Shown one piece after another: positions 12,676 through 24,713 of a stretch of 64,000 nucleotides of DNA. Under the pieces are notes generated by a model. It was not told where the DNA came from. It saw nothing but the letters and a program-made list of their open reading frames with translations, and made no database searches. This DNA is from Amphiscolops sp. MND2022. Taxonomy: Eukaryota. The stretch spans positions 35,960,001 through 36,024,000 of the forward strand of contig OZ076416.1 of assembly GCA_964187785.1 (NCBI GenBank). Reading direction: 5' to 3'. The stretch's first letter is position 1, and every line of letters begins with the position of its first letter. The position numbers and the translations under genes were made by a program.

Positions 12676-15181
12676 TGTTGTTTCAACTTGTGAATGCTGT
12701 AGCAAGGACAGCTGTACTTTGGTTGCTATAGCTTGGATAGCGAAAGGCTTTAAAAAAGGAACACGTGATATTCAAATTAGACGACAAAACAATGAAAATT
12801 TAACGCGGTAAAAGCGCTGAATAATACACATTGAAAAGATGAATCATCAAATTATCAATATGATACTTAAGTAATCTCAACATTCTGCACCCCTTGATAT
12901 GCATATATCTACAAATATAAATCAACAATTGATTATCTGTTAGTGATCAATTGGAAGTTTCCTTAACTTCACTACAGGTCTCAACATCTCTCCGGTAGCA
13001 GTTTTTACTTTGACCACTCTTGCGATGTCATCGTTTCCAGTATATGCATCAATGACACGGCCAGTTTTCCATGAAAGGGGAGGAATATTATCTTCCGCGA
13101 GAAGAACTAAGTCGCCAGCGCTGATTTGAGGCCCATTCTTGCACCATTTCTTTCGTACTTGGAGTGTTGTCAAATAATCTCTCATCCAAGCTTCCCAAAA
13201 ATCCTTTTGAATTTGCTGGAGCAAACGGAAGTGGCCATTCAAGGAAAGTTTTTGATTACTCAGAGGCTGTGGCGAGAAGGAACCACCAATTAGAAATTGG
13301 GCAGGTGTCAGCGGTGACAAGTCATTTGGTCTGATGACAAAGGTGTCAAAGGTCTGGAATTGAGAATTGCCTCAATCTGGTGGAGAACAGAAAGAAGCTC
13401 CTCATTACTTAATCGTTGTTGACCAACGACACGACGTAAATGCCGTTTCAGGCTCTTGATACCAGCTTCCCAGAGTCCACCGAAATGAGGGGCTCGGGGT
13501 GGAATGGTTATCCATTCAGATCCTTTTTTGTTTGCGTATGCAACGAATGATTCATGGTCCCTGCTAACGAGAATTTCTTGTAACATCTGTAGTTCATTTC
13601 TGTCACCAATGAAAGTTAGGCCGTTGTCACTGAATATTTTTGATTGAGTACCGTGTCCTGAGGAGAATCTTTTCAAGGCCAGGATACATGCTTCTTTAGT
13701 TAGATTAGAAACAAGTTCGAGATGCACTGCTTTAGTGGCAAAACATACGAAGAGAGCTATGTATCGTTTTTGACTAGTCGCTCCTCCGATTTTTGTCCAA
13801 ACAGGACCAGCGAAGTCCCACATTGAGAAAATGGTCTCGCTGGTGTACCTCGCTCCGCGGGTAAATCTCCCATAAGCTGGAAAGGGGGCTTTAACGAATA
13901 TCGACAACATCTTATGCAGTTTTTGATAAACCTATTTATGATTGGTTTCACTCCAACAATCCAAAATTGCTCTCTAATAGGAGAGTGAGTTAATTGCCAC
14001 CCACCATGAAGTGTCTCTTCATGAAAGTGACGAACGATTAAAGGAACCAAAGACAACTCTTTCGGAATGAGAAGAGGGAATTTTTTCAACTCATTCAAGT
14101 TTGAATTCCCCAAGCGGCCTCCAACTCGCAAAGCTTTGGCGTCTGGGTCATAGAAAGGACAGAGATTACGCAAATTTGAAAATTTGGAGAGCTCTTTTTG
14201 GTGCATTAGAAAATTGAAGTCTTGTTTCTGGAATCTTCTCTGCTCCATGCTTATCAAATCATAAATAGCTGACCTTATCTCATGAGGTGAAATAGGTTCT
14301 TGCAAATGATTGCCATCTTTTTTTGAGAGCTGCTAGAAAGCGCCGAACTATAGCTCAAACTCTACACAGTTTAGTGAAACTGGAAAATCGCGAAATCTCG
14401 ATCAACGTTGGTTCCGATGTTACCGTTAAAACCTGTTTCGGTTCGCGTTTGTCCGGAACTTCTTCATTTGTAGGTCGATAATGTGGCCACTTTTCAATAT
14501 CATCTCAGAGCCACGAAGGAACCTTCCACCATAACTCGTATCTAATATTTCAGACACAGTGGTTCCTCCCGAAGCAACATCTGCGGGATTTTCCTTCGTG
14601 GAAACATAATCCCAGTTTTTGCGGGGTAAAATTTCCTGAATATCAGAAACACGATTTGCCACCAAAGTGTTCCAAACTCGCGGGAGTTTAGCAAGCCAGT
14701 TTAAAACGATTGTGCTGTCGGTCCATGCGAAAATATTTTAAATCGCCAAAGCTTCACTCATGTGACATAGAAGCTGAGCTCCGAGTTGAGCAGCGCAAAG
14801 TTCGAGCCGAGGCATCGACAATTGTTTCACAGGGGCTACCTTTGTTTTGGCAGTGAGCAAAAACACCTGCACTTTTCCATCGCAGTCTTTAGTTCGCACA
14901 TAAACAACAGCTGCATTGCCCTTCTCAGACGCATCACAAAATACATGAAGTTGGCTCGTGTACTTTGTTCGAGGAACAACACATCGAGGAATCTCCAGAC
15001 CATTCAAACTGCTAAGCCCTTCACGCAATTTCATCCACTGATTCGCAATGGAGTCTGGAAGTTTCTCTTCCCAAGAAATATCTTTGACCCAAGTTTGTTG
15101 AATGAGGCATTTGAAGGCAATGATCACAGGAGCGATCCAACCGATTGGATCAAAAACCTTTGACGAATCGGACAAGAGAGT
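12676..15181 (-). mobile_element. 5'-truncated BEL/Pao fragment (RNase H, integrase, 3' LTR 12676-12882)
   Basis: LHVFCDAS, AKTKVAP, MPRLELCAA, DFAGP, APHFGGLWEAGIKS and WEAWMRDYL motifs. The LTR differs from 18203-18409 at 5 of 207 positions. Confidence 0.92.
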
Positions 15182-15580
15182 ACTGATATCGGCTGTTTTT
15201 TGTTTTCTGGTACCATAAATATACGTCTTCAACAAATTGATTCACTGAGCAAAAAAATGCTCCGGCTTCCACAAAATTTCAGATCTTAGTTTTCAATTTC
15301 GATTCGTATTCTCCAAATCTTTTCATTCAGTTTTCGTTTTTTTTCAAAAACTTTTCGCTATCTTCGCTGGCCATAAGCAAAACCCTTGTTATCAGGAAAA
15401 TGAGACTTCTAGTATATCAACCCTGAAGCAAACATTTCTTTGCAAGATTTCAGATGAAGTCAATTGGCTTGACAGAGTGTGAAACCGGGTTACATTGTCC
15501 TTTAATCCCAACCCTAACTCTATAACTAACCCTAATTCAGTCTTTGATATGGTTATTGCTTCTGAACTTGGTATTTTTAG

Positions 15581-15790
15581 ATAAAACATACAGTGAGTCA
15601 CAACTTGGTGCCAGTGTTTGCGAGGGTACTTCTTGTGTGAGGTGTGGTCGCTTTCCAGACATACCGCCTTCAAAATGGGGAACTCTCAAATGTCCTGAAG
15701 GGGCCAAAGGCGATACCGTTAAAATTGTTCACGAAATAAAGAAAGACAATCCGCTCCTGAAGTTCTGTGAAATCCAAATTCTCGGCCATG
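15581..15790 (+). CDS. Duplicated lectin-like exon (copy 2)
   Basis: Same AG and GTCAGT sites, 210 nt open, in-frame 3-nt deletion relative to copy 1. Confidence 0.55.
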
Positions 15791-18202
15791 GTCAGTGTAC
15801 AGAAAAGTTGCATACATGAAAAACATCACCAGAATGCATCGGACAGTCAAATCCCATTGCTATTTTGTTTTTTTTTTGCTAAGCAGCGTTGAGCTGGCAG
15901 TTGGTTTTTATGACGTGAACTGATTTGAACTAGTTGTTAACAAATCTTTCATCAGCTCAGATGAAAGTCGGCGCGTTCGTGGGCAATTATTTATAAAATG
16001 TTACGAAGTTGGTATTCAACTTGTCAATCATACCAATGTTAGGTTATTGTTAAAGTTGGAATCTTGACCAGTCATTGAAAATCGGAAGTTTTCTTCGATA
16101 GACTCAATTTACCAACAAACTTTAGAAAATGATTTAAATCGTGCTCCTAAAATTTAGTTTCACTTTCGATAAAAATGATGGCAGATAATTGTTTTTTTAA
16201 ATTAATAGTAGTAATTTATTTGAGACGCAATTGAAAAACTAAAATGCAGGGTTACTTGAATAATCTGATGTAAGGATGAGAGGATAATGGGGTGGAATGA
16301 CGCAAAAACGAACGAATCGCCATCTTCTATAGGTGTAGACTTAAATTTCTAAAACAACTATTTAACAGTGTTTCACTTCAATTATGAGTCTATTGACCGT
16401 TTTTGTTGATTACCGTTTTGTAGAAGGTAAAAATCGAACACCACGCAGATGCAAATAGTGCTTATCAATAAAATACTAACTCTCTTTTTCTCTTACTTAC
16501 TTTCCCTGTATACCTATAGTCAAAGATTAAAACGAAGGATCTTTTAGGCGGGAAGTTAAGTGGCACTGCATTATTTTGTACACTCCTAGTACCCTCCCTC
16601 ATAGAGAAATCGGACAATTTCCAGCCTCAATTGTTTGTCAAAGAGCCCGTAGCGGAAAGATACACTATTGTTCACTAAAGCGATTGACAAATGCAATCTC
16701 AAGCAAAATTAACAACCAGTCAGTTGTTACTTCATTCGTTTGAAACTTCATTCGGACTTGTCAACAGCTTTAGTGAACAATAGTGTATAATAAGCAGACG
16801 AAGTCGGGCATTTCTCAAGTCGAGGTTGCTTTTAAGGCACAAAAAGTGTCGAGTCTTTTAAGTTTGCTCAAAGACATTTCTCATCATAATTGCGATTTTT
16901 CTCACAACGCCAAAAAGAACCTTTAGAATTAGTAACCACAATAAAAAACCAAGCTGGAACTTCGATGCGAAGAAACAATTCAAAACTTGTCACAGAGTGG
17001 TGCAATTTTTTGACTTGAAGAAATGTTTTGTGACGCAAATTATCGAAAAAAATATCTAAAAGGGGACAACAGAATTTTTGATTGAAAGGAACTCAAGTGC
17101 CGAAAAAATTGGAGAACCTTTTCTTTTAGTATCAAGTAGTTTCGTATATCATGTTAGAATGTGAAAAATTCAGTGGAAGAGTGTAGAGAACTTAATGCAG
17201 AGAACCTGAAAAAAAATGAAAAAAGGCGTGTCAAAAGTTCAAGCTAATGAGTGAAGCTGTAAAAGACAATATCAAAATCCTATCTATATCGTAGGTTTTT
17301 CGTAACAAAAATATTTAAATAAAAATTTTCCAAATTAAACAAATGACTCAAGTTGATAAAAATTTGTTTATGTTGAACAAAGGCTCTTGTTTCTCCCATT
17401 AAGAAGGCAACTTTTTGAGATTCTTTTTAGCTTTTCAAAGCAGCTGTTTCGGCCTTTTTGCCCATGATCCACTTTTTTGTGCCGATTTGCTTCTTTGTAT
17501 TTCACTTTCATTCCCAAACTACAATTGTTGCAGAATTTATCAAAGGATGATTCGGAACCGATTTCGACAAGAAGGAAATGCGACAATGACATCAAGATGA
17601 GTATGGTGGTGGGTTTATAAGCTGGGTAATTTTGTCCGAGTGCAAGTTTTTAGTAAAAACATGACACATATCAATTGATTCATAGCAGCTCTCTGGTTTT
17701 CATATTTTATAGCAGGCTCCGTCTCTTGACCACTTGGATGCAAAAATAGTACCATAGCTTGATGTAGGCGACAATATCCGAAAAAATGTGCCGACTCAGA
17801 ACTGTTTGTTTTACGTCCATCCCAATGAAATAAACTTTGGGAGATAAACTTTCTTGTTTTCTTTATTTCTCAGTTTGCACAGCAAAAATGCAACCTAGTG
17901 TGATACCTTTCGAAACTCTTTTTGAGAATCCATGAAAACCTCGGTAAGAAGCTTGACAACAGAACCAAGAATATCAACGATCGATCTGCTAAGATCTTTT
18001 GGAGCGTTTGAAGAGAAACACCAACAAGTATCAAAGAGAACAAAAAAAACCGACGTCAACTGCAGCACGATCAGCATATCAGATACAACGCTGCAGTTCA
18101 TGCTACCAACAACGCTTTCATGTCCTGAATTTTATTACTATGTGTTGCACTTTCACGAAAAGTTCAAAGAATGATTGTTTAGCTGGTAGTGCGAACAGAA
18201 AC

Positions 18203-18409
18203 TGTTGTTTCAACTTGTGAATGCTGTAGCAAGGACAGCTGTACTTTGGTTGCTATAGCTTGGATAGCAAAAGGCTTTAGAAAAGGAACACGTGATATTC
18301 AAATTAGACGACAAAACAATGAAAATTTAACGCGGTAAAAGCGCTGAAAAATACACATTGAAAAGATGAATCATCAAACTATCAATATGATAATTAAGTA
18401 ATCTCAACA
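18203..18409 (-). repeat. 3' LTR of the BEL element
   Basis: TGTTGAGA...AACAACA on the minus strand, preceded by the purine tract. Confidence 0.92.
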
Positions 18410-18466
18410 TTCCGCACCCCTTGATTTGCATATATCTACAAATATAAATCAACAATTGATTATCTA

Positions 18467-21400
18467 TTAGTGATCAATTGGAAGTTTCCTTAACTTCACT
18501 ACAGGTCTCAACATCTCTCCGGTAGCAGTTTTTACTTTGACCACTCTTGCGATGTCATCGTTTCCAGTATATGCATCAATGACACGGCCAGTTTTCCATG
18601 AAAGGGGTGGAATATTATCATCCGCGAGAAGAACTAAGTCGCCAGCGCTGATTTGAGGCCAATTCTTGAACCATTTTTTTCGTACTTGGAGTGTTGTCAA
18701 ATAATCTCTCATCCAAGCTTCCCAAAAATAATTTTGAATTTGCTGGAGCAAACTAAAGCGGCCATTCAAGGAAAGTTTTTGATTACTCAGAGGCTGTGGC
18801 GAGAAGGAACCACCAATTAGAAAATGGGCAGGTGTCAGCGGTGACAAGTCATTGGATCTGATGACAAAGGTGTCAAAGGTCTGGAATTGAGAATTGCCTC
18901 AATCTGGTGGAGAACAGTAAGAAGCTCCTCGTTACTCAATCGTTGTTGACCAACGACACGACGTAAATGCCGTTTCAGGCTCTTGATACCAGCTTCCCAG
19001 AGTCCACCGAAATGAGGGGCTCGGGGTGGAATGGTTATCCATTCAGATCCTTTTTTGTTTGCGTATGCAACGAATGATTCATGGTCCCTGCTAACGAGAA
19101 TTTCTTGTAACATCTGTAGTTCATTTCTGTCACCAAAGAAAGTTAGGCCGTTGTCACTGAATATTTTTGATTGAGTACCGCGTCCTGAGGAGAAACTTTT
19201 CAAGGCCAGGATACATGCTTCTTTAGTTAGATTAGAAACAAGTTCGAGATGCACTGCTTTAGTGGCAAAACATACGAAGAGAGCTATGTATCGTTTTTGA
19301 CTAGTCGCTCCTCCGATTTTTGTCCAAACAGGACCAGCGAAGTCCAAGCCACATTGAGAAAATGGTCTTGCTGGTGTACCTCGCTCCGCGGGTAAATCTC
19401 CCAAAGGCTGGAAAGGGGGCTTTAACGAATATCGACAACATCTTATGCTGTTTTTGATAAACCTATTTATGATCGGTTTCACTCCAACAATCCAAAATTG
19501 CTCTCTAATAGGAGAGTGAGTTAATTGCCACCCACCATGAAGTGTCTCTTCATGAAAGTGACGAACGATTAAAGGAACCAAAGACAACTCTTTCGGAATG
19601 AGAAGAGGGACTTTTTCAACTCATTCAAGTTTGAATTCCCCAAGCGGCCTCCAACTCGCAAAGCTTTGGCGTCTGGGTCATAGAAAAGACAGAGATTACG
19701 CAAATTTGAATATTTAGAGAGCTCTTTTTGGTGCATTAGAAAATTGAAGTCTTGTTTCTGGAATCTTTTCTGCTCCATGCTTATCAAATCATAAATGGCT
19801 GACCTTATCTCATGAGGTGAAATAGGTTCTTGCAAATAATTGCCATCTTTTTTGAGAGCTGCTAGAAAGCGCCGAACTATAGCTAAAACTCTACACAGTT
19901 TAGTGAAACTGGAAAATCGCGAAATCTCGATCAACGTTGGTTCCGATGTTACCGTTAAAACCTGTTTCGGTTCGCGTTTGTCCGGAACTTCTTCATTTGT
20001 AGGTCAATAATGTGGCCACTTTTCAATATCATCTCAGAGCCACGAAGGACCCTTCCACCATAACTCGTTATCTAATAATTCAGAAACAGTGGTTCCTCTC
20101 GAAGCAGCATCTGCGGGATTTTCCTTCGTGGGAACATAATCCCAGTTTTTGCGGGGTAAAATTCCCTGAATATCAGAAACACGATTTGTCACAAAAGTGT
20201 TCCAAACTCGCGGGAGTTTAGCAAGCCAGTTTAAAACGATTGTGCTGTCGGTCCATGCGAAAATATTTTAAATCACTCATGTGACATAGAAGCTCAGCTC
20301 CGAGTTGAGCAGCGCAAAGTTCGAGCCGAGGCATCGACAATTGTTTCACAGGGGCTACCTTTGTATTGGCAGTGAGCAAAAACACCTGCACTTTTCCATC
20401 GCAGTCTTTAGTTCGCACATAAACAACAGCTGCATAGCCCTTCTCAGACGCATCACAAAATACATGAAGTTGGCTCGTGTACTTTGTTCGAGGAACAACT
20501 CATCGAGGAATCTCCAGACCATTCAAACTGCTAAGCCCTTCACCCAATTTCATCCACTGATTCGCAATGGAGTCTGGAAGTTTCTCATCCCAAGAAATAC
20601 CTTCGACCCAAGTTTGTTGAATGAGGCATTTGAAGGCAATGATCACAGGAGCGATCCAACTGATTGGATCGAAAACCTTCGACGAATCGGGCAAGAGAGT
20701 TCGTTTGGTGGTCTGACTGATGTCATCTAAGTCAATTGAAAAGATGAATGTGTCTGAGATTGGTTTCCAGCAAATTCCCAAAGTTTTAATTTTATATTCT
20801 TCTGAAAAAAGTTGAAGTTGATCCAAAGTCTCACGCAGTTCTGTAGGAAGTTCCATAGTCAATTCAGGATGACTTGAGGTCCACTTTCTTAACTCGAAGT
20901 CAAACTTCCAGACACAACGTTCCAGAAAGTTCCAGACACAACTCTTTTACAAGATTTCGTTCGTCTTCAATACTGTCAGCGCCACCAAGGAACTCATCGA
21001 CATAAAAACAATTATTCAATGCGTTTGCCACTGATTCAAATTGAGTCTGACTGGCGACTTCTTTAAGACATCTTGTGGAGTGGAATGCGGAGGATGCAAT
21101 ACCATAAGTCACTCGCTTTATCCTCAGATGTTGAATCTCTTCATTTTTGCTGTTACGCCAGAGCAAACGATGAAAATCTTTATCAGGACTATCAAGTTCG
21201 ACTTGTCGATACATTTTTGCTATATCAGCTGATAGTGCAACTACCTTGAAACGGAAACGGTTTAGAATTGTGAACAAATCGTTTTGAACAACCGGTCCAA
21301 CCATCAAGCTTTCATTTAGTGAAACACCGTTGGAAGTCTTAGCTGAACCATCAAACACAACGCGTAATTTTGTAGTTGTCGAATCTTCTTTAAAAACACA

Positions 21401-22246
21401 ATGATGAGGTAGATAGTAAACTTCATTCGACGGTTTATTGATTTCTTCTTGTGGAATACCTTCCATGTGGTCCAGAGAGATGAATTCATTTATAAAATCG
21501 GAATATCTCTTCCTCAAATCAGGATTTCCGTCCAACAGGCGCTCTAACGATTTAAATCTACTCTCAGCATGGGTTAGACTTTCACCCAAATGCATATCTT
21601 TTTGAACGGCAACTTGACAACGAATCTATTGTCAATAACCTTCGTTGTCGACTGGAAAAAGTTTTCACATTTGTTTTCTTCATCAGTGAAAATTGTCTTT
21701 TAGGTATCTCCCAGAACCTACGGAGGGTGTCATCAATCGAGAGATGGCAATGGAATGCTTCTCCAACCGTGTCGTCATGTTTCCCCAGGACAATCCATCC
21801 AAAAATTGTTTTTCTCAAAAAAAGTCTGGGTGAAATTTCTTTACGTTCATTCTCTATTATTTCTTCAAATACATCAACACCAAGTATCATGTCGACTGGT
21901 TGGGAATATTGATAGTCAGGATCAGCCAACTTATAGCGTTCAAGATTTTTAGGGTGCTGAAAGCTTTGCTGGGTACGCTAGTGGTAAGTTGTTTCAGTAT
22001 ATACGCAGAAACTCGAATTTCCTTTGAAACGGACTTCAATACGATGTTAGCAAGGCCTGCTTTGACATCGTTCGACTGTCCACCAGTACCACTGAGATTC
22101 AAGTGTTTCTCTGTTATATTCAAATTCAGTCTCCTAGACAAAGCTTGCGTGATCAAGCTCAATTGCGAGCCACTATCTAACAGAGCCCGACAAGGGATGA
22201 GTTGATTCTTTGAATTCAGTACAGAAACAATAGCTGTAGGAAGCAA
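18467..22246 (-). pseudogene. BEL/Pao pol remnants (aspartic protease, RT, RNase H, integrase)
   Basis: ALLDSGSQ, YYLPHHCV, LRVVFDGS, ADIAKMYRQV, VTYG, FYVDE, GLDFAGP and the RPVVKLRKL terminus; several frameshifts and stops. Confidence 0.92.
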
Positions 22247-23517
22247 AACACTGCAATTATCACTTTCTGTGACATTTCCGTCTTTTTCATGATGTAGACT
22301 GTTACCAGTACAGTACTGCTGAATGTACTGGAAGTAGGCTCCTCCCGATGTAGCAACGAGTGATGTTTCCTATTGCACTTCTGACAAGTTGATTTGGAAG
22401 TACAAGTCTTTATTCCATAACCTTCCTTCAGGCAGTTGAAACATAATCTCAACTGTTTGACCTTCTCATATTTGTCAGCAATTGAAAGAATTAGGCACTT
22501 GAGACATGTGTAAACACGATGAGAGTGTTTGCAGAACGAACAAATCATTGGAGTCTATTGATAGCTTTGACAATCTTCTGACTCGTTTTGAATATCAATA
22601 TCCTTACTGCCTAATGCTTCTCGTTTCATTTCAGGTTGTCGAGTCGATGCCTCTAGAGCTCTAGCTCTTCGTTCAAGAAACTGTCTCAGATCATCCATAG
22701 TCTTAATGTTATGTCATCCATAGTCATCCATATTAATGTTTACATTTGTCAATTGCCATTCCTTCGCAGTTTCGCTGTCTAATTTCTCCGACAAAATATG
22801 CACCCAAATGAAATTGCAGGCTTTTGTGTCAATTCCTAAAGCACTTAAGGCCATTTCATTCTCATTGAATGTCCCTATGAGTTTGCGAAGACTATCCGGG
22901 CCTTCCTTCCTCATGTTCTCAATCTTCATGATAATGGTTAAGTGTGCCTTCGTGATCAGAAACTGGTTGTCATATCGATCTTGCAATTTGATCGCAGCGT
23001 CGTAATTTGCTTCAGTGGTAGGCAAGTGTGACAAAACACGTTTGGCGTCACCTAATAACGCGCCCTTCAAATAAAAAAGTTTTTGCACTTTCGGCAGCGT
23101 TGGGTGATCATGGACTGTTCCTTTGAACATGTCAAAAAAGGATTTCCAATCTTTGTACTGACCGTCAAAGGTAGGTAACTCAATTCTGGGTAATCGAACG
23201 TTGTTCTCTCGGTGTATAGAACCGTCATCATCATCGGTGCTATCAGAAAGACCAGTTAGCCATTTCCCCCTCTGCTTCATCAGACTTTTCAGTCTAACAT
23301 CATTTTAATCCTGCGTGAAAATCTCAGCTTCCATGGCTTCGTCTGTGTTTTCGGTACCATTTAAGATTTCCAAGTTCAACTGATCGAGAACCCTAGCCTT
23401 CTCCTCTAGCGATTCAAGCAGCGTCTCAACAGTTAATTTATCTTCAGAAGTTTTTTCATCAACTAGTTTGGTCCTTATGTTATCGAATTCACCTTTCTTT
23501 CGGGTTATTATACACAT
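22216..23517 (-). pseudogene. BEL/Pao gag remnants
   Basis: LPRIELPTFDG..DWKSFFDMF and QKLFYLK (DUF1759-type), plus a triple Cys/His knuckle CSFC...H, CFNC...C, CQKC..KHHSLLH. Confidence 0.9.
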
Positions 23518-23556
23518 ATGAGCCTTTCGAGAATATATTGACTTCTCAAACCACTT

Positions 23557-24378
23557 TCAGACATTTTTAGCGCTAATTAGGACAATTCTACTTCGGCTGT
23601 TACGTAGGTAGACTGTGTGCTCAGCCCCTTTCAGGCAGGACACGTTACAGTTGCTAAGAAAAGAACGTGGAGTGAATGTGTCGTAACGTATGAACGCAGC
23701 CCCTTTCAGGCAGGTTCCTATGAATACAAGAGATTTAAGATAATACCTTGGAGCCCAAAATGGATATCTCCAAGACTCTTTCGTGGTTGTAGTAACTTTT
23801 TTGTTAGAATCTTTCGAATACTTCCTTTTAAGGACCTTTTCGTTGAGAAGTTTGTGAACTTTGGCAAAGGCCTTGCTTTCAAGATGACAAAGATCTTTCG
23901 ATATGTGCTTTAAATCATAAAGATAATGCGAAACACCAACATAAATAATATTTGAGCAAAGTTGCCCACAGAGTGAGTTTAATTCAGTGTTCAATTGGAG
24001 CACCTTACTCTGTAGTTCAGATGTACCTCGTGGTGGCACACCAACAACGAAAACCTTCTTGGTGCGTGAAATTAAAGCTTGAGCAATATCACAAATTTCG
24101 ATTGCTACTCGTGAACGTTCTTCTGCGGATCGAAAACTAACACTTTTCGAAACAAAATTCTCTAAGGCGTTTCCCCCTATAAATAACACAATTTTTTCGA
24201 ACTTGTCTGGAGGCAGTATAAAATCCCAGAGATCTTTGTGTCGTGCTCCAGGAACAGATAAGACGTCAAATGACGTAGTTCTAAACTTTTTCAGTAGGGA
24301 ATCAGACAAAATGAGGTTTACTGAATTATTCTTCAAAAGCAGACTTCGTTTCATGTAGATTCCAGTAAATTTTTCCAA
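23557..24378 (-). CDS. SGNH/GDSL hydrolase-like ORF inside the BEL element, between PBS and gag
   Basis: Four conserved blocks in the right order: LILSDS (I), VPGA (II), IVLFIGGN (III), DLCHL (V). 273 open codons; first ATG at 24354. Confidence 0.75.
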   Translation of the reverse strand: MEKFTGIYMKRSLLLKNNSVNLILSDSLLKKFRTTSFDVLSVPGARHKDLWDFILPPDKFEKIVLFIGGNALENFVSKSVSFRSAEERSRVAIEICDIAQALISRTKKVFVVGVPPRGTSELQSKVLQLNTELNSLCGQLCSNIIYVGVSHYLYDLKHISKDLCHLESKAFAKVHKLLNEKVLKRKYSKDSNKKVTTTTKESWRYPFWAPRYYLKSLVFIGTCLKGAAFIRYDTFTPRSFLSNCNVSCLKGAEHTVYLRNSRSRIVLISAKNV

Positions 24379-24407
24379 GAGAAAAAATTAAAACGGTCTC
24401 ACCATGG

Positions 24408-24427
24408 AAATCACGTCGGGGTCACCA
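24408..24427 (-). other. Primer-binding site complementary to tRNA-Trp
   Basis: Plus strand AAATCACGTCGGGGTCACCA matches the 3' end plus CCA of eukaryotic tRNA-Trp(CCA) as I recall it; it lies 2 nt from the 5' LTR. Confidence 0.85.
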
Positions 24428-24429
24428 AA

Positions 24430-24636
24430 AGTTGTCTCAACTGGTGAATGCTGTAGCAAGGACAGCTGTACTTTGGTTGCTATAGCTTGGATAGCAAAAG
24501 GCTTTAAAAAAGGAACACGTGATGTTCAAATTAGACGACAAAACAATGAAAATTTAACGCGGTAAAAGCGCTGAATATTACACATTGAAAAGATGAATCA
24601 TGGAATTCTCAATATGATAATTAAGTAATCTCAACA
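24430..24636 (-). repeat. 5' LTR of the BEL element
   Basis: Matches 18203-18409. Confidence 0.92.
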
Positions 24637-24713
24637 GGAACATTGTAACTGTAAGCGAAATTGTTGTTTCTTTCACTTTTTATTTGTTTTCTTGACACTC
24701 TTGAAAACACACT

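Larger units (their letters stand above)
9978..15181 (+). repeat. Segmental duplication, copy 1 (exon + intron + LTR + 3' half of a BEL element)
   Basis: Colinear, a few percent diverged from 15511-20700; period about 5.5 kb. Confidence 0.9.
15511..20700 (+). repeat. Segmental duplication, copy 2
   Basis: Matches 9978-15181; continues into the complete BEL element. Confidence 0.9.
18203..24636 (-). mobile_element. Full-length but decayed BEL/Pao LTR retrotransposon (6.4 kb)
   Basis: LTRs 24430-24636 and 18203-18409 differ at 11 of 207 positions. Flanks GAAAC/GGAAC are consistent with a 5-bp TSD. PBS, polypurine tract (GGGGTGCGGAA) and gag-PR-RT-RH-IN order are all present. Confidence 0.95.

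Noticed and set aside
11846-12693. Short ORFs repeated at 17368-18220
   Set aside because: They recur only because of the segmental duplication and differ by frameshifts; no family recognised.
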